Source: Deltaproteobacteria bacterium (lineage in GTDB: Bacteria; Bdellovibrionota_B; Oligoflexia; Oligoflexales; Bog-1112). Taken from it: 64,000 nt of DNA. A program made the translations under genes and the position numbers. The stretch's first letter is position 1, and each line of letters starts with the position of its first letter. The stretch spans positions 1-64,000 of the forward strand of contig JAHFAI010000005.1 in the NCBI GenBank assembly GCA_023250635.1, written 5' to 3'. Under the pieces are notes generated by a model. That model saw nothing but the letters and a program-made list of their open reading frames with translations. It made no database searches and was not told the origin of the DNA. This document shows positions 37,889 to 46,630 of this stretch, piece after piece.

Positions 37889-38829
37889 CGCCCCACTCCC
37901 CGAGCTGCAAGCAAGTACAAGGCCGAGCCAGCAAGGATCACGGTAAAGATAATTGCCACGAGATACAAGTAATTTCGCTCTTTAGGAATACCAGTAATCT
38001 CTACCCTTCGTAGGGCTCCTGCAGCTAAATCCTTACTCAGAATACCTCGATAGGTTCCTGAAGAGAGCATGGCGGGAAGGCCCTCGCTAAACTCTTCCCG
38101 CGCACCGCTATTGCTTACCAGCACCCCACTACCAAGGGTCGAAGCCAGTGAAAATTCTCCGATGGCAAAGGGAGCAACAAAGGTAAGCTGATCTCGAGAA
38201 AATTTCGCAACCTTGGTTTGAAAGCCAATACTGAGGAGAGAGATACCCGGTGCGAATTCTTTCTCTAGGAAGATTTTTCCATGGTGATCGAGCTGCAAAT
38301 TTTCGGCAGTGAGACCCTCGAGAGCCTGAAAATCAACGGTTTCCCGGGGAAGCATTACCTCACTACGAAAACGTTGAGGCTGATTGCTTTTATTGTGCAC
38401 CGCAAAAAAATACTGCCCCCACACGGTATCTAAGTCAGCATTGACTAAGACAATATGGCGAAGCGTTCGTGCAATGCTTGCTTCATCAGCCTCAAGAGGA
38501 GCTGAGCCGAGAAATATCCCCATTCCCGCCATGCCCGCAAGCAAGACCCCAAGCCTGGACAAATGCTGTAATCGGCGCCCGAGGTCTACGTAACGGTTGC
38601 CTAAGTAACGCTGACGAATCTGCCATTCTCGCTGGCTAATAGCGCCCTGCTTATACGCCTCTTCATCGGCAAGATACGCATCCAGTAGCTTTGTTTGCCG
38701 ACGTTTGAGCTCCTCAGGGTTGTTAGCAATTGTTGCCGGCAGGAGCACCCCTTCATCACACAACCAAAAAGGCGAGAGTAGCGTAATCAGCAAGGAGACG
38801 GCTAGCAGCCCACAGATAACCACAACCAT
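37885..38829 (-). CDS. Hypothetical polytopic membrane protein, translationally coupled to ccmH
   Basis: Three TM segments at the N-terminus, around residue 95 and at the C-terminus. A charged helical loop sits between TM1 and TM2, followed by a domain of about 170 aa. One-nt overlap with the ccmH stop. Confidence 0.55.
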   Translation of the reverse strand: MVVVICGLLAVSLLITLLSPFWLCDEGVLLPATIANNPEELKRRQTKLLDAYLADEEAYKQGAISQREWQIRQRYLGNRYVDLGRRLQHLSRLGVLLAGMAGMGIFLGSAPLEADEASIARTLRHIVLVNADLDTVWGQYFFAVHNKSNQPQRFRSEVMLPRETVDFQALEGLTAENLQLDHHGKIFLEKEFAPGISLLSIGFQTKVAKFSRDQLTFVAPFAIGEFSLASTLGSGVLVSNSGAREEFSEGLPAMLSSGTYRGILSKDLAAGALRRVEITGIPKERNYLYLVAIIFTVILAGSALYLLAARGVGR

Positions 38830-39383
38830 TAGCTTCTCTCCTCTGTCTGCTGCTGAGCACGCAGTCGCCGCCGTTCAGCCAAAGCCTGGTGCATGGTGTC
38901 CATAAGTTCTCGTCGTCCAAGGAGCTCATTACGCCCAGACTTCCCCCCCGCCGCAGCCATGCGACGCTGGCGCCGTCGCTCGCGAAAGCGCAGATAGACC
39001 AAAACGCCGGGGCCGCTGATCAGCAAGCCGCAAGGCAAAAGCCAGGCCAGAAGATGAAAGCCTTCACGGGGAGGCTCGCGCAGAATCCATAGACCATAGC
39101 GCTCCACAAAAAAGCTCAGAATTTCCTCTTTGCTGCGCTTCTCCCGCACCTTTTCCAACACCGCTGTACGCATTTGGAGGGAAAACGGCGCATCTGATTC
39201 TAAGACGCTTAAGCCCGTGCAGGTGGGACAGCGCAGTTCATTGGCCACCTCACGAACCTCGCCGCGCTCGGTTTCGCTCAGTTTGGCAAACTCTTCGGCA
39301 AAGGAGCGAATATCCGCCGCCTCTAAGCTGGCACTGCCCAGCAGCAACAGCAGCAGCACGATGAGCAAGGGATGGTTTTTCAT
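38829..39383 (-). CDS. ccmH: Cytochrome c-type biogenesis protein CcmH
   Basis: LRCPTCTGLSVLESDAP motif and a signal peptide. ATG 39383 overlaps the ccmF stop (ATGA). Confidence 0.8.
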   Translation of the reverse strand: MKNHPLLIVLLLLLLGSASLEAADIRSFAEEFAKLSETERGEVREVANELRCPTCTGLSVLESDAPFSLQMRTAVLEKVREKRSKEEILSFFVERYGLWILREPPREGFHLLAWLLPCGLLISGPGVLVYLRFRERRRQRRMAAAGGKSGRNELLGRRELMDTMHQALAERRRLRAQQQTEERS

Positions 39384-41386
39384 GGTCGTAGCTCCACTAG
39401 TGCCGGGCCTACCCCAAGGCGGCCCCGTCTTCGCTTCCCGCTTAAACCACGAGGGGTGCCCAACAAGGCGAGCAATCCTCCGCCAACCATAAAAAAGGCG
39501 CTGAGCCATACCACGCGAACGGTGGGGTTCACATGAATTTGCACGGTCACCGTATGTTCGGGGCTATCAAAATCAAATTCCGCAAGCACCAGATAGAGAT
39601 CATTCCACAGGGAGCCCCACAGACCGACTTCATGGAGCAATTCCGCTTTGGTAGGATACTTGCTGCGAGCAGGAACCACCACCGCCAAGGGGACACCATC
39701 ACGACTCACTGCAAACGGCGCTTGAAAAAGCTGCACATTATCGCGAGTCGCGGTGGTGATCCCCTGAGACTCGAAGACAAAACCAAAAAGCTCGGCCTGC
39801 TCACCTTTTTTTAAGGTAATGGTTTGCTCCAAGCCGCGATAGTTACCTAAAAAGCCAAAAATAGCGATAATCACCCCCAGGTGCGCCGCATATGCCCCGA
39901 GGATACGCAGATGATCGCGGCCATAGCGCCACCAGCCCAAAGGATAGCGTCGAGCTTTCGCTGCCAAGGAAAAACTCAGCATCAACAGAGCCGCCGCACA
40001 AAGGAAAGTCCCGAGCACTTGCATCCCTAAGGCAAAACCCCGAGAACGCCAGATTTCTCCCCAATAGCCCAAGAACAGGGCGAAGGGCAGAGCCAGGAGG
40101 AGGGCTGCTATCAGCGGTCTCCGCCCCCCCTCGAGGCGGCCCGAGCGAAAACGCAGCATATTGCCGATGCTGATTGCCACAATAAAACCAAAGCCGACAA
40201 AAGGTGCAAAAGAATTAAAATAGGGAGCTTGAATATTAAAGCGTACCCCCGTAAGCGCTTCGGAGACTATGGGATAGACGGTGCCAATAAAAATAATCAC
40301 CGCAAAGGTCAGCAACAGAAACTGACCGAGGAGCATAAAGGATTCTTTGCTCCACCCCCAGACCTTGTTTTTTTCTCCCGGAAGAATCGAAGGACTGCGC
40401 CAGTGATACAAAACCATGCAGCCCAAGACCAGTACTGCCAAATAAACCAAATAATACGCTCCCACCGAGGATTGAGCAAAGGCATGCACCGAGCCAATTA
40501 TCCCCGAGCGGGTGATAAACGTACCAAAATAGCTAAAGAAGAACGCGAGAAAACTATTGATCAAACTCATCCGTTTGAGTTGTCCGAGACGATGGTGAAC
40601 CACCAAGGTATGGAGCAGGGCAGTGGCAAAAATCCACGGTACTAAACTCGAGTTTTCTACGGGGTCCCAGGCCCAATAGCCGCTCCATCCCAGCACCACA
40701 TAAGCCCAGCGTCCACCCAAAAAAATCCCCAGAGTTAAAAACGTCCAGGCAAAGAGCGTCCAGCGACGAACACTACTCAACCAGCCCTCGGTAATATCTC
40801 CGTAAGCTAAGGCCGCGACAGAAAAAGCAAAGGGAATTGCCAGAGCCGTGTAACCAATAAACAACGAGGGGGGATGAAAAGCCATGTAGGGATTTTGGAG
40901 CAGCACGTTCATCCCTAAGCCCTGAGCAGCAGCAGGAAAATGCTGCATAAAAGGATTAGAGGCGGTGACCGCGAGGAAAAACATCCATGCTAAAATAAGC
41001 TGCAAGGTGGCGCTTACATAGGGCATCAAATGTTCGTTATCCCGAGTGGCTGCCAGATGGGCGAGAGCCGAAAATGTCGCCAAAAATAAGGTCCACAAGA
41101 GATGCGAGCCTTCTAAAGCAGACCAAAACGCCGTGAACGTATACAAGAGAGGCAGATCGTCACTAGAATTATTAACCACATACCCATCGCTATAATCACG
41201 AGAAAAAAGCATATACCACAGCAGCAAGGCCGCTGCCCAGACCAAGACGGTTGCCGCTATAGCTGCTACTTTTGCTGAGTAATAGAGACGGCGCTGCCCA
41301 AACCAACTTGCCCCCAAGGCAGCAAGGGCGCCATAGCTTGTCGCCAGCATAGCGAGCAGAATCAGAAAAAATCCATAATCTGCCAT
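39380..41386 (-). CDS. ccmF: Cytochrome c heme lyase subunit CcmF
   Basis: Trp-rich motif GYWAWDPVENSS, polytopic, 668 aa. Confidence 0.9.
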   Translation of the reverse strand: MADYGFFLILLAMLATSYGALAALGASWFGQRRLYYSAKVAAIAATVLVWAAALLLWYMLFSRDYSDGYVVNNSSDDLPLLYTFTAFWSALEGSHLLWTLFLATFSALAHLAATRDNEHLMPYVSATLQLILAWMFFLAVTASNPFMQHFPAAAQGLGMNVLLQNPYMAFHPPSLFIGYTALAIPFAFSVAALAYGDITEGWLSSVRRWTLFAWTFLTLGIFLGGRWAYVVLGWSGYWAWDPVENSSLVPWIFATALLHTLVVHHRLGQLKRMSLINSFLAFFFSYFGTFITRSGIIGSVHAFAQSSVGAYYLVYLAVLVLGCMVLYHWRSPSILPGEKNKVWGWSKESFMLLGQFLLLTFAVIIFIGTVYPIVSEALTGVRFNIQAPYFNSFAPFVGFGFIVAISIGNMLRFRSGRLEGGRRPLIAALLLALPFALFLGYWGEIWRSRGFALGMQVLGTFLCAAALLMLSFSLAAKARRYPLGWWRYGRDHLRILGAYAAHLGVIIAIFGFLGNYRGLEQTITLKKGEQAELFGFVFESQGITTATRDNVQLFQAPFAVSRDGVPLAVVVPARSKYPTKAELLHEVGLWGSLWNDLYLVLAEFDFDSPEHTVTVQIHVNPTVRVVWLSAFFMVGGGLLALLGTPRGLSGKRRRGRLGVGPALVELRP

Positions 41387-41423
41387 GAGGTATCCCTTAT
41401 GCGAAGAAGAAAGGAGATAGGGG

Positions 41424-42239
41424 CTACCACTTTACCACAGGAGGTAAAGAGACAAAAATTGCCTCGACATCCCCCCCGCTTTTTAAACCAAACTTGGTGC
41501 CCTCATCATAGATAAGATTAAATTCAGCGTAGCGACCGCGCCAATAAAGCTGTTCCTCTTTGAGAGCCTCGGTAAAGGCTAGATCTTTGCGGCGGGCAAT
41601 AATGCGTGGATACACCTCACTATAGGCGGTCACCACCCCAACAATAAAAGCTAAGTTTCGCGAAAAATCTCCCCTTAGTTTATCGAAAAAAATCCCTCCC
41701 ACTCCCCGCACCTGCTGGCGATGAGGAATGAAAAAATACTGGTCACACCACGCGGCAAAACGCGGATAGTAGTCACGATCGAATTGTTCACAGTGGACTC
41801 GTAAGCTCTGATGAAAATCCTGGGTATCCTCTGCATAGGGAAGAAAGGGAGTCAGATCAGCTCCCCCCCCAAACCACAGCCGCTCCCCCACGTTAAAGAG
41901 ACGCACATTCATATGTCCAATCGGGGCATGAGGATTGTACATATGGGTGATGGTGGAAAGACCCGTCGCAAAAAAATCTTCCCCCTGTTCCCCCCGAGCA
42001 GCAAAGGCATCTTCGCGATAATCGCTGCCAAAGACTGAGGAAACATTGACCCCGGCTTTTTCCACCACCGTCCCCCGCAAGACTCCCATGGTGCCACCAC
42101 CCCCGCCACTGCGTTCCCAGGAACGAAACTGGGGTAGAGCGCTCCCATCAACCGCAGCGAGTTTACTAAGCAAGGTTTGTTGCAAGTCTTGCAAAGTGGT
42201 GACAACATCATCCTGTTGGCGGGAAGTAAGTGCTTGCAT
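41424..42239 (-). CDS. hemF: Oxygen-dependent coproporphyrinogen III oxidase
   Basis: Motifs GGGGTMGVLRG...EKAGVNVS, WFGGGADLTP and VRGVGGIFFD. Confidence 0.88.
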   Translation of the reverse strand: MQALTSRQQDDVVTTLQDLQQTLLSKLAAVDGSALPQFRSWERSGGGGGTMGVLRGTVVEKAGVNVSSVFGSDYREDAFAARGEQGEDFFATGLSTITHMYNPHAPIGHMNVRLFNVGERLWFGGGADLTPFLPYAEDTQDFHQSLRVHCEQFDRDYYPRFAAWCDQYFFIPHRQQVRGVGGIFFDKLRGDFSRNLAFIVGVVTAYSEVYPRIIARRKDLAFTEALKEEQLYWRGRYAEFNLIYDEGTKFGLKSGGDVEAIFVSLPPVVKW

Positions 42240-42303
42240 ACCATTAAAATCCTGCGGTTAATACTTGCTCTCTGGCCAAAATTACGCTAAAAACCAGCGC
42301 TAA

Positions 42304-42331
42304 TTTATAACAATCAGTTTATAATAATCAG
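42304..42331. repeat. Tandem 14-bp direct repeat in the hemF / mtaB divergent intergenic region
   Basis: TTTATAACAATCAG (42304-42317) followed directly by TTTATAATAATCAG (42318-42331). Confidence 0.6.
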
Positions 42332-42348
42332 TCAACAAACGAGACCCA

Positions 42349-43695
42349 ATGCCAACTGTTTATATCAAAACCCTCGGTTGTAAAGTAAATACCTTCGATT
42401 CTTCCGCCTTGCATCGTGAGTTTAACGATAAAGGTTATACGGTTACCAACGATCCCGGCAATGCCTCCATTATTGTCGTCAATACTTGCAGCGTAACGGA
42501 GCGTGCTGAGAAAGAAGCTCGTTATCTGCTCCGCCGTTACTCCCGCGAAAGTCCTCAGGCCTTCAAAGTCGTGACCGGCTGCTACGCGCAGACCGCAGCC
42601 GAAACCCTCGCCGCCAGTGACGACGTGGATCTGGTGGTTACCAACGAAGCAAAACCTCTGCTGATTTCCTATATTGAACAGCGTCAAAACGGCACCCTCA
42701 CGGCTAAGCTTCCCCTGCTCAAGTCACCAGGAGAAGGCAAAAATCTTCAGTTTAAAACCGCCCATACTTTTTTTGCTACCCCGGTGGTGGAGCGGGTGCG
42801 AGGATTTTTGAAAATTCAGGATGGCTGCGATGGTTTTTGCGCTTACTGTCAAATCCCCTATTCTCGCGGAGCTAGTCGCAGTGTGCCCCCTGCGCAAGTC
42901 ATTCACGCCGCACGGGAAATCGTAGCTACAGGCATCAAAGAAATCACCCTGACCGGAATTCATATCGGCGATTATGGACAAGATTCCTTCACCGGCGCTG
43001 ATCTCGGGGGTGAGGGAAAATCCATCCTTGCCGTCCTCAAGGAGCTACTCACCCTCCCTGGCCTCAAACGTCTGCGTATTTCTTCCCTCGAGCCTTCCGA
43101 GGTAAGTCCGGAGCTTCTTGATTTATTAGCCGAGCATCCTGCGGTGTTTTGCGATCACTTTCATTTACCCCTGCAGGCAGGTAGTGATCGAATTCTCAAA
43201 TCTATGGGTCGAGCCTACGATCTCGCTTATTATGCCGACACGATCACCGCCATTCGTCAGCGATTTCCCGCCGCTCAGCTCAGTGCTGATGTGTTACCCG
43301 GCTTTCCGGGGGAAACCGAGCAAGACTTTGCCGATACTCTCGCCTTTGTGAAGAGCTGCGGCTTTGGTGGTCTGCATGTGTTTCCCTACTCGAAGCGCCC
43401 CCATACTCGGGCCCTGCGCTTTCCCGGACACCTTTCCCCGGAGATAATTCGCGATCGCGCCAAAATTCTGCGTAAACTTGGCGAAGAGTTGAGCTACGAA
43501 TTCCGCCATAATCTTATGGGTAGCAGCCAACAGGTTTTATGGGAATCATGGGACCAAAAAACGCGGCGTTTTAGTGGCAAGACAAAAAATTATGTTTCGG
43601 TATTAAGCGCTGAAGATCGCCCTACTGAGGTGGGAACAATCTCTGAGGTGACGATTAAAGGATTCTTGAGTAAGGACTCCCTCCTTGCTTGGTGA
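42349..43695 (+). CDS. mtaB: MiaB-like tRNA methylthiotransferase (MtaB family)
   Basis: N-terminal UPF0004 cysteines (LGCKVN, NTCSVT, TGCYAQ), radical-SAM CDGFCAYC and a C-terminal TRAM-like region. Confidence 0.82.
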   Translation: MPTVYIKTLGCKVNTFDSSALHREFNDKGYTVTNDPGNASIIVVNTCSVTERAEKEARYLLRRYSRESPQAFKVVTGCYAQTAAETLAASDDVDLVVTNEAKPLLISYIEQRQNGTLTAKLPLLKSPGEGKNLQFKTAHTFFATPVVERVRGFLKIQDGCDGFCAYCQIPYSRGASRSVPPAQVIHAAREIVATGIKEITLTGIHIGDYGQDSFTGADLGGEGKSILAVLKELLTLPGLKRLRISSLEPSEVSPELLDLLAEHPAVFCDHFHLPLQAGSDRILKSMGRAYDLAYYADTITAIRQRFPAAQLSADVLPGFPGETEQDFADTLAFVKSCGFGGLHVFPYSKRPHTRALRFPGHLSPEIIRDRAKILRKLGEELSYEFRHNLMGSSQQVLWESWDQKTRRFSGKTKNYVSVLSAEDRPTEVGTISEVTIKGFLSKDSLLAW

Positions 43696-43705
43696 GACAA
43701 GAGAG

Positions 43706-43782
43706 TGGAGCGGGAAAAGGGACTTGAACCCTCGACCTTCGCGATGGCAACGCGACGCTCTAGCCAACTGAGCTACTCCCGC
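43706..43782 (-). tRNA. tRNA-Gly (anticodon GCC), CCA encoded
   Basis: Hand-folded cloverleaf: acceptor GCGGGAG/TTCCCGC, D-arm GCTC-AGTTGGCTA-GAGC, anticodon stem TCGCG/CGCGA with loop TTGCCAT, T-arm GAGGG-TTCAAGT-CCCTT. 77 nt. Confidence 0.9.
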
Positions 43783-43806
43783 AATGCACTTGTAGGTGCG
43801 AGTAAG

Positions 43807-43835
43807 TAATTAATGGTAACAAGCTTTTCTGTCAA
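43807..43835 (-). promoter_or_regulatory. Sigma70-like promoter for tRNA-Gly
   Basis: On the minus strand: TTGACA (43835-43830), a 17-nt spacer and TAATTA (43812-43807), about 25 nt upstream of the tRNA 5' end. Confidence 0.45.
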
Positions 43836-43945
43836 GGTTTCTCTCATCTATTGACGCCGCCAGATTTCCCGGTGAAACTAGTTAAAGAGGAAGATCTTTT
43901 TTTAGACGAAGCTGCAGGAGCCGCCACCCCCATTCAGGACCGATT

Positions 43946-44578
43946 ATGCTCTCCTTTGATATCGTTAAAGCGTTTTTGACGGTCGCCCTCTTCGGCGCTC
44001 AATGGGTACTCTGGCTTCTGGTGCTCTTAAGCATTCTCTCTTTAGCGCTGATTAGCGAACGAGCCTATTTTTTCTTTAGTACCCGCCTTGACTACGGGCT
44101 CTTTAATCGTGAGCTCACCGCCTTGCTCAGCGAGGGAGATCTGGAAAAAGCCCGGCGCCTCTGTCGCAAAAACCCGAGTATCGAAGCCCGCGTAGCCCTC
44201 TTCGGACTATCTCATCAGGGGCGAAGCTATCAAACCATGGAGGGGAGCATGGAGGGTTTTGCCATCGGCGAGAAATACAAGCTTGATCGCGGTCTCGTCG
44301 TTCTGGGAACCCTGGGCAATAACGCCCCCTTTATCGGCCTGTTTGGTACGGTCATCGGCATTATCAAAGCCTTTCACGATCTCGCTGCCAGCCCGAGCGG
44401 AGGACCCTCCCTGGTAATGGGTGGTATTTCCGAAGCCCTAGTGGCCACTGCGGTCGGACTGTTGGTGGCCATCCCTGCGGTCATTGCCTTCAACACCTTT
44501 AGTCGCATGGTTAAACGCCATATGGCTAATGTCCAGGCAATCATCAAGGTCATCCTGGTGCATCAGGGAGGCAACTAG
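43946..44578 (+). CDS. exbB: MotA/TolQ/ExbB proton-channel protein
   Basis: GNNAPFIGLFGTVIGIIKAF signature, three TM segments, 210 aa. Confidence 0.82.
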   Translation: MLSFDIVKAFLTVALFGAQWVLWLLVLLSILSLALISERAYFFFSTRLDYGLFNRELTALLSEGDLEKARRLCRKNPSIEARVALFGLSHQGRSYQTMEGSMEGFAIGEKYKLDRGLVVLGTLGNNAPFIGLFGTVIGIIKAFHDLAASPSGGPSLVMGGISEALVATAVGLLVAIPAVIAFNTFSRMVKRHMANVQAIIKVILVHQGGN

Positions 44579-44580
44579 AC

Positions 44581-45006
44581 ATGGCGGTTTCCTTGGACGA
44601 TGAGGGCGATGAAATTACCGGCATTAATATCACCCCCCTGGTAGATGTCATGCTCGTGCTGCTGATTATTTTTATGGTAACCACCAGCTATATTGTAACT
44701 CGGGGGATCGAACTTACTTTGCCCCAGGCCGAAACCGGGCACAGGGAAACCCAGGCCAGCGCCCCCCTGGTCTTTGCCCTCACTCTTCACGGCGCGTTGA
44801 CGCTTAATAACGAAGGGCTGAGCTGGGAAAGCATCCCTGCAAAAATTGCCGCTGCTCGGGCCAGCAATCCTCAAAACACCACTCTTTCTGCAGAAATAAG
44901 CGCTGATAAAGAGCTCCCTCATGGTCAGGTAATTAAGCTTATTGATGCGATCCGTAAAGGAGGAATCACCAACTTTTCCATCACCGTTGAATCCCCCGGG
45001 CAATAA
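44581..45006 (+). CDS. exbD: ExbD/TolR biopolymer transport protein
   Basis: INITPLVDVMLVLLIIFMV motif and 141 aa, immediately after the ExbB-like gene. Confidence 0.82.
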   Translation: MAVSLDDEGDEITGINITPLVDVMLVLLIIFMVTTSYIVTRGIELTLPQAETGHRETQASAPLVFALTLHGALTLNNEGLSWESIPAKIAAARASNPQNTTLSAEISADKELPHGQVIKLIDAIRKGGITNFSITVESPGQ

Positions 45007-45145
45007 GCAACAACGATTTCACTCGCACTCTTCTGCAAAAAACTTTACACAATCCTGGGGTCTGGCTTGCCCTTCGACAACTTCTTATACCCTTGTCTTC
45101 AGCGATCCTGCTAGAATGGCCTTCCCCTACTAAGGAATCTTTGCA

Positions 45146-46597
45146 ATGGATACGCCTCACACTACTTCTCAGCGGCTTAACCAAGACCTCTGCCTTGCCT
45201 ATATAGCCAAGAATTTATTGGCGCTCGCTCCCGCAAATCTATCCGCTACTACTTTTGGTATTGAGCTTGAAGTTTTGCCTTTTTTTTGCCCAGCCGAGAA
45301 GCAAAAAAAACCAGCTCTGCGCCCGCAACTGCTGCCGTTTAACCAGGGCAAACCGAACCTTTTTGCTCTGCTGCATGAATTGGTGCAAGCACAAGCTTGG
45401 CAGCTCCTTCTCGAGGAACATTCCAGTGCTCAGCGCCCATTACTCGGCAAAATAGTTACCGATCACCACGATTATTTTACCTGCGAACCTGGGGGACAAT
45501 TGGAGTTTTCTTCAGCTCCCTTTGTCAGCTTCAGCGCCGCGCGCCTCCGCCTCACCGCTGTGCAACGCCAACTCGATCAACTATTTGCAGCTCACCACGC
45601 CACCCTCCTCCAAGTGGGGGCAAATCCCTGGTACTCGGTCGAAGAAATTGGTCTGCGCTTCACCAAACCTCGCTATCTAGCGATGGATGCTTATTTTTCC
45701 CGGCTGAGTCCCCTGGGACGCAAAATGATGCGCCAAACCGCCTCAATTCAAGTGAGCCTTGATGCCGGTAACGACGAAGAGACCATGGTAGAACGCTATC
45801 TTGCCAGTCAATTACTCAGTCCCTTTGCTGCCGCTTTGTTTGCTAATTCTCCGTATATCGGCGGTGAAAAACCCAGCTCCATCGACGGACATCGAGCCCA
45901 CATTTGGGCCAATTTTGAAGCTGCACGCAGCGGTTTTCCCGCCCTTACAAAAATCTGCAACGAACGAAGCCTGGCTGCCTGTCAACAGAGTTATCTGGAT
46001 TTTTTACTTGCCGCTCCGGTAATTTTCATCAGTTCCCTCGATTTTCGTGTTCCCACTGCTCCTCTCACTTTTGCTCACTGGCTGCGAGAAGGCTACCAAG
46101 GGATCATGCCAAGCATTGAGGATTTTAGCGTCCATTGCTCCCTCCATTTTCCTGAAGTACGCCCCCGCGGTACCTTTCTTGAATTACGCTCTGTGGATTG
46201 CCAAGCACGCCTCTGGCAATTAGTGCCGGCCGCGTTTTTTGCTGGCCTGCTCTACGACTCCAAGGCCCGCCAAGCGATACTGGGCCGTTTGCTACCCTTT
46301 GTCGACAAACTCCCGCAACTCCATGGGGCTGCAGCGTATGGCTTGCAACAAGCAGAAATTGCCGAGATTGCGGCCTTTCTCATGAGCCAAGCCGAAGCGG
46401 GATTTTCCCGTTTACCAGCGAATTTTCGCGATCCCGAAACAACACAAGCCTTACAGCTTTTTAACAAATGTTTTACTGCCGAGGGCAAAACTCCGGGCGG
46501 AGCACTACGCCAAGCCGTGCTGGCTGAGGGAAGAGACTTTCCTCATCTTGACACCTACCGGCGAATAGAGGAACACTGGCAAGACTTATTCGCCTAA
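45146..46597 (+). CDS. gshA: Glutamate--cysteine ligase, plant/alphaproteobacterial type (GCS2 family)
   Basis: Motifs FGIELEVLPF, CEPGGQLEFSSAP and MMRQTASIQVSLD; about 483 aa. Confidence 0.72.
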   Translation: MDTPHTTSQRLNQDLCLAYIAKNLLALAPANLSATTFGIELEVLPFFCPAEKQKKPALRPQLLPFNQGKPNLFALLHELVQAQAWQLLLEEHSSAQRPLLGKIVTDHHDYFTCEPGGQLEFSSAPFVSFSAARLRLTAVQRQLDQLFAAHHATLLQVGANPWYSVEEIGLRFTKPRYLAMDAYFSRLSPLGRKMMRQTASIQVSLDAGNDEETMVERYLASQLLSPFAAALFANSPYIGGEKPSSIDGHRAHIWANFEAARSGFPALTKICNERSLAACQQSYLDFLLAAPVIFISSLDFRVPTAPLTFAHWLREGYQGIMPSIEDFSVHCSLHFPEVRPRGTFLELRSVDCQARLWQLVPAAFFAGLLYDSKARQAILGRLLPFVDKLPQLHGAAAYGLQQAEIAEIAAFLMSQAEAGFSRLPANFRDPETTQALQLFNKCFTAEGKTPGGALRQAVLAEGRDFPHLDTYRRIEEHWQDLFA

Positions 46598-46630
46598 GCT
46601 TTTGCCAGACGAATTTATTAAGAGGACACC

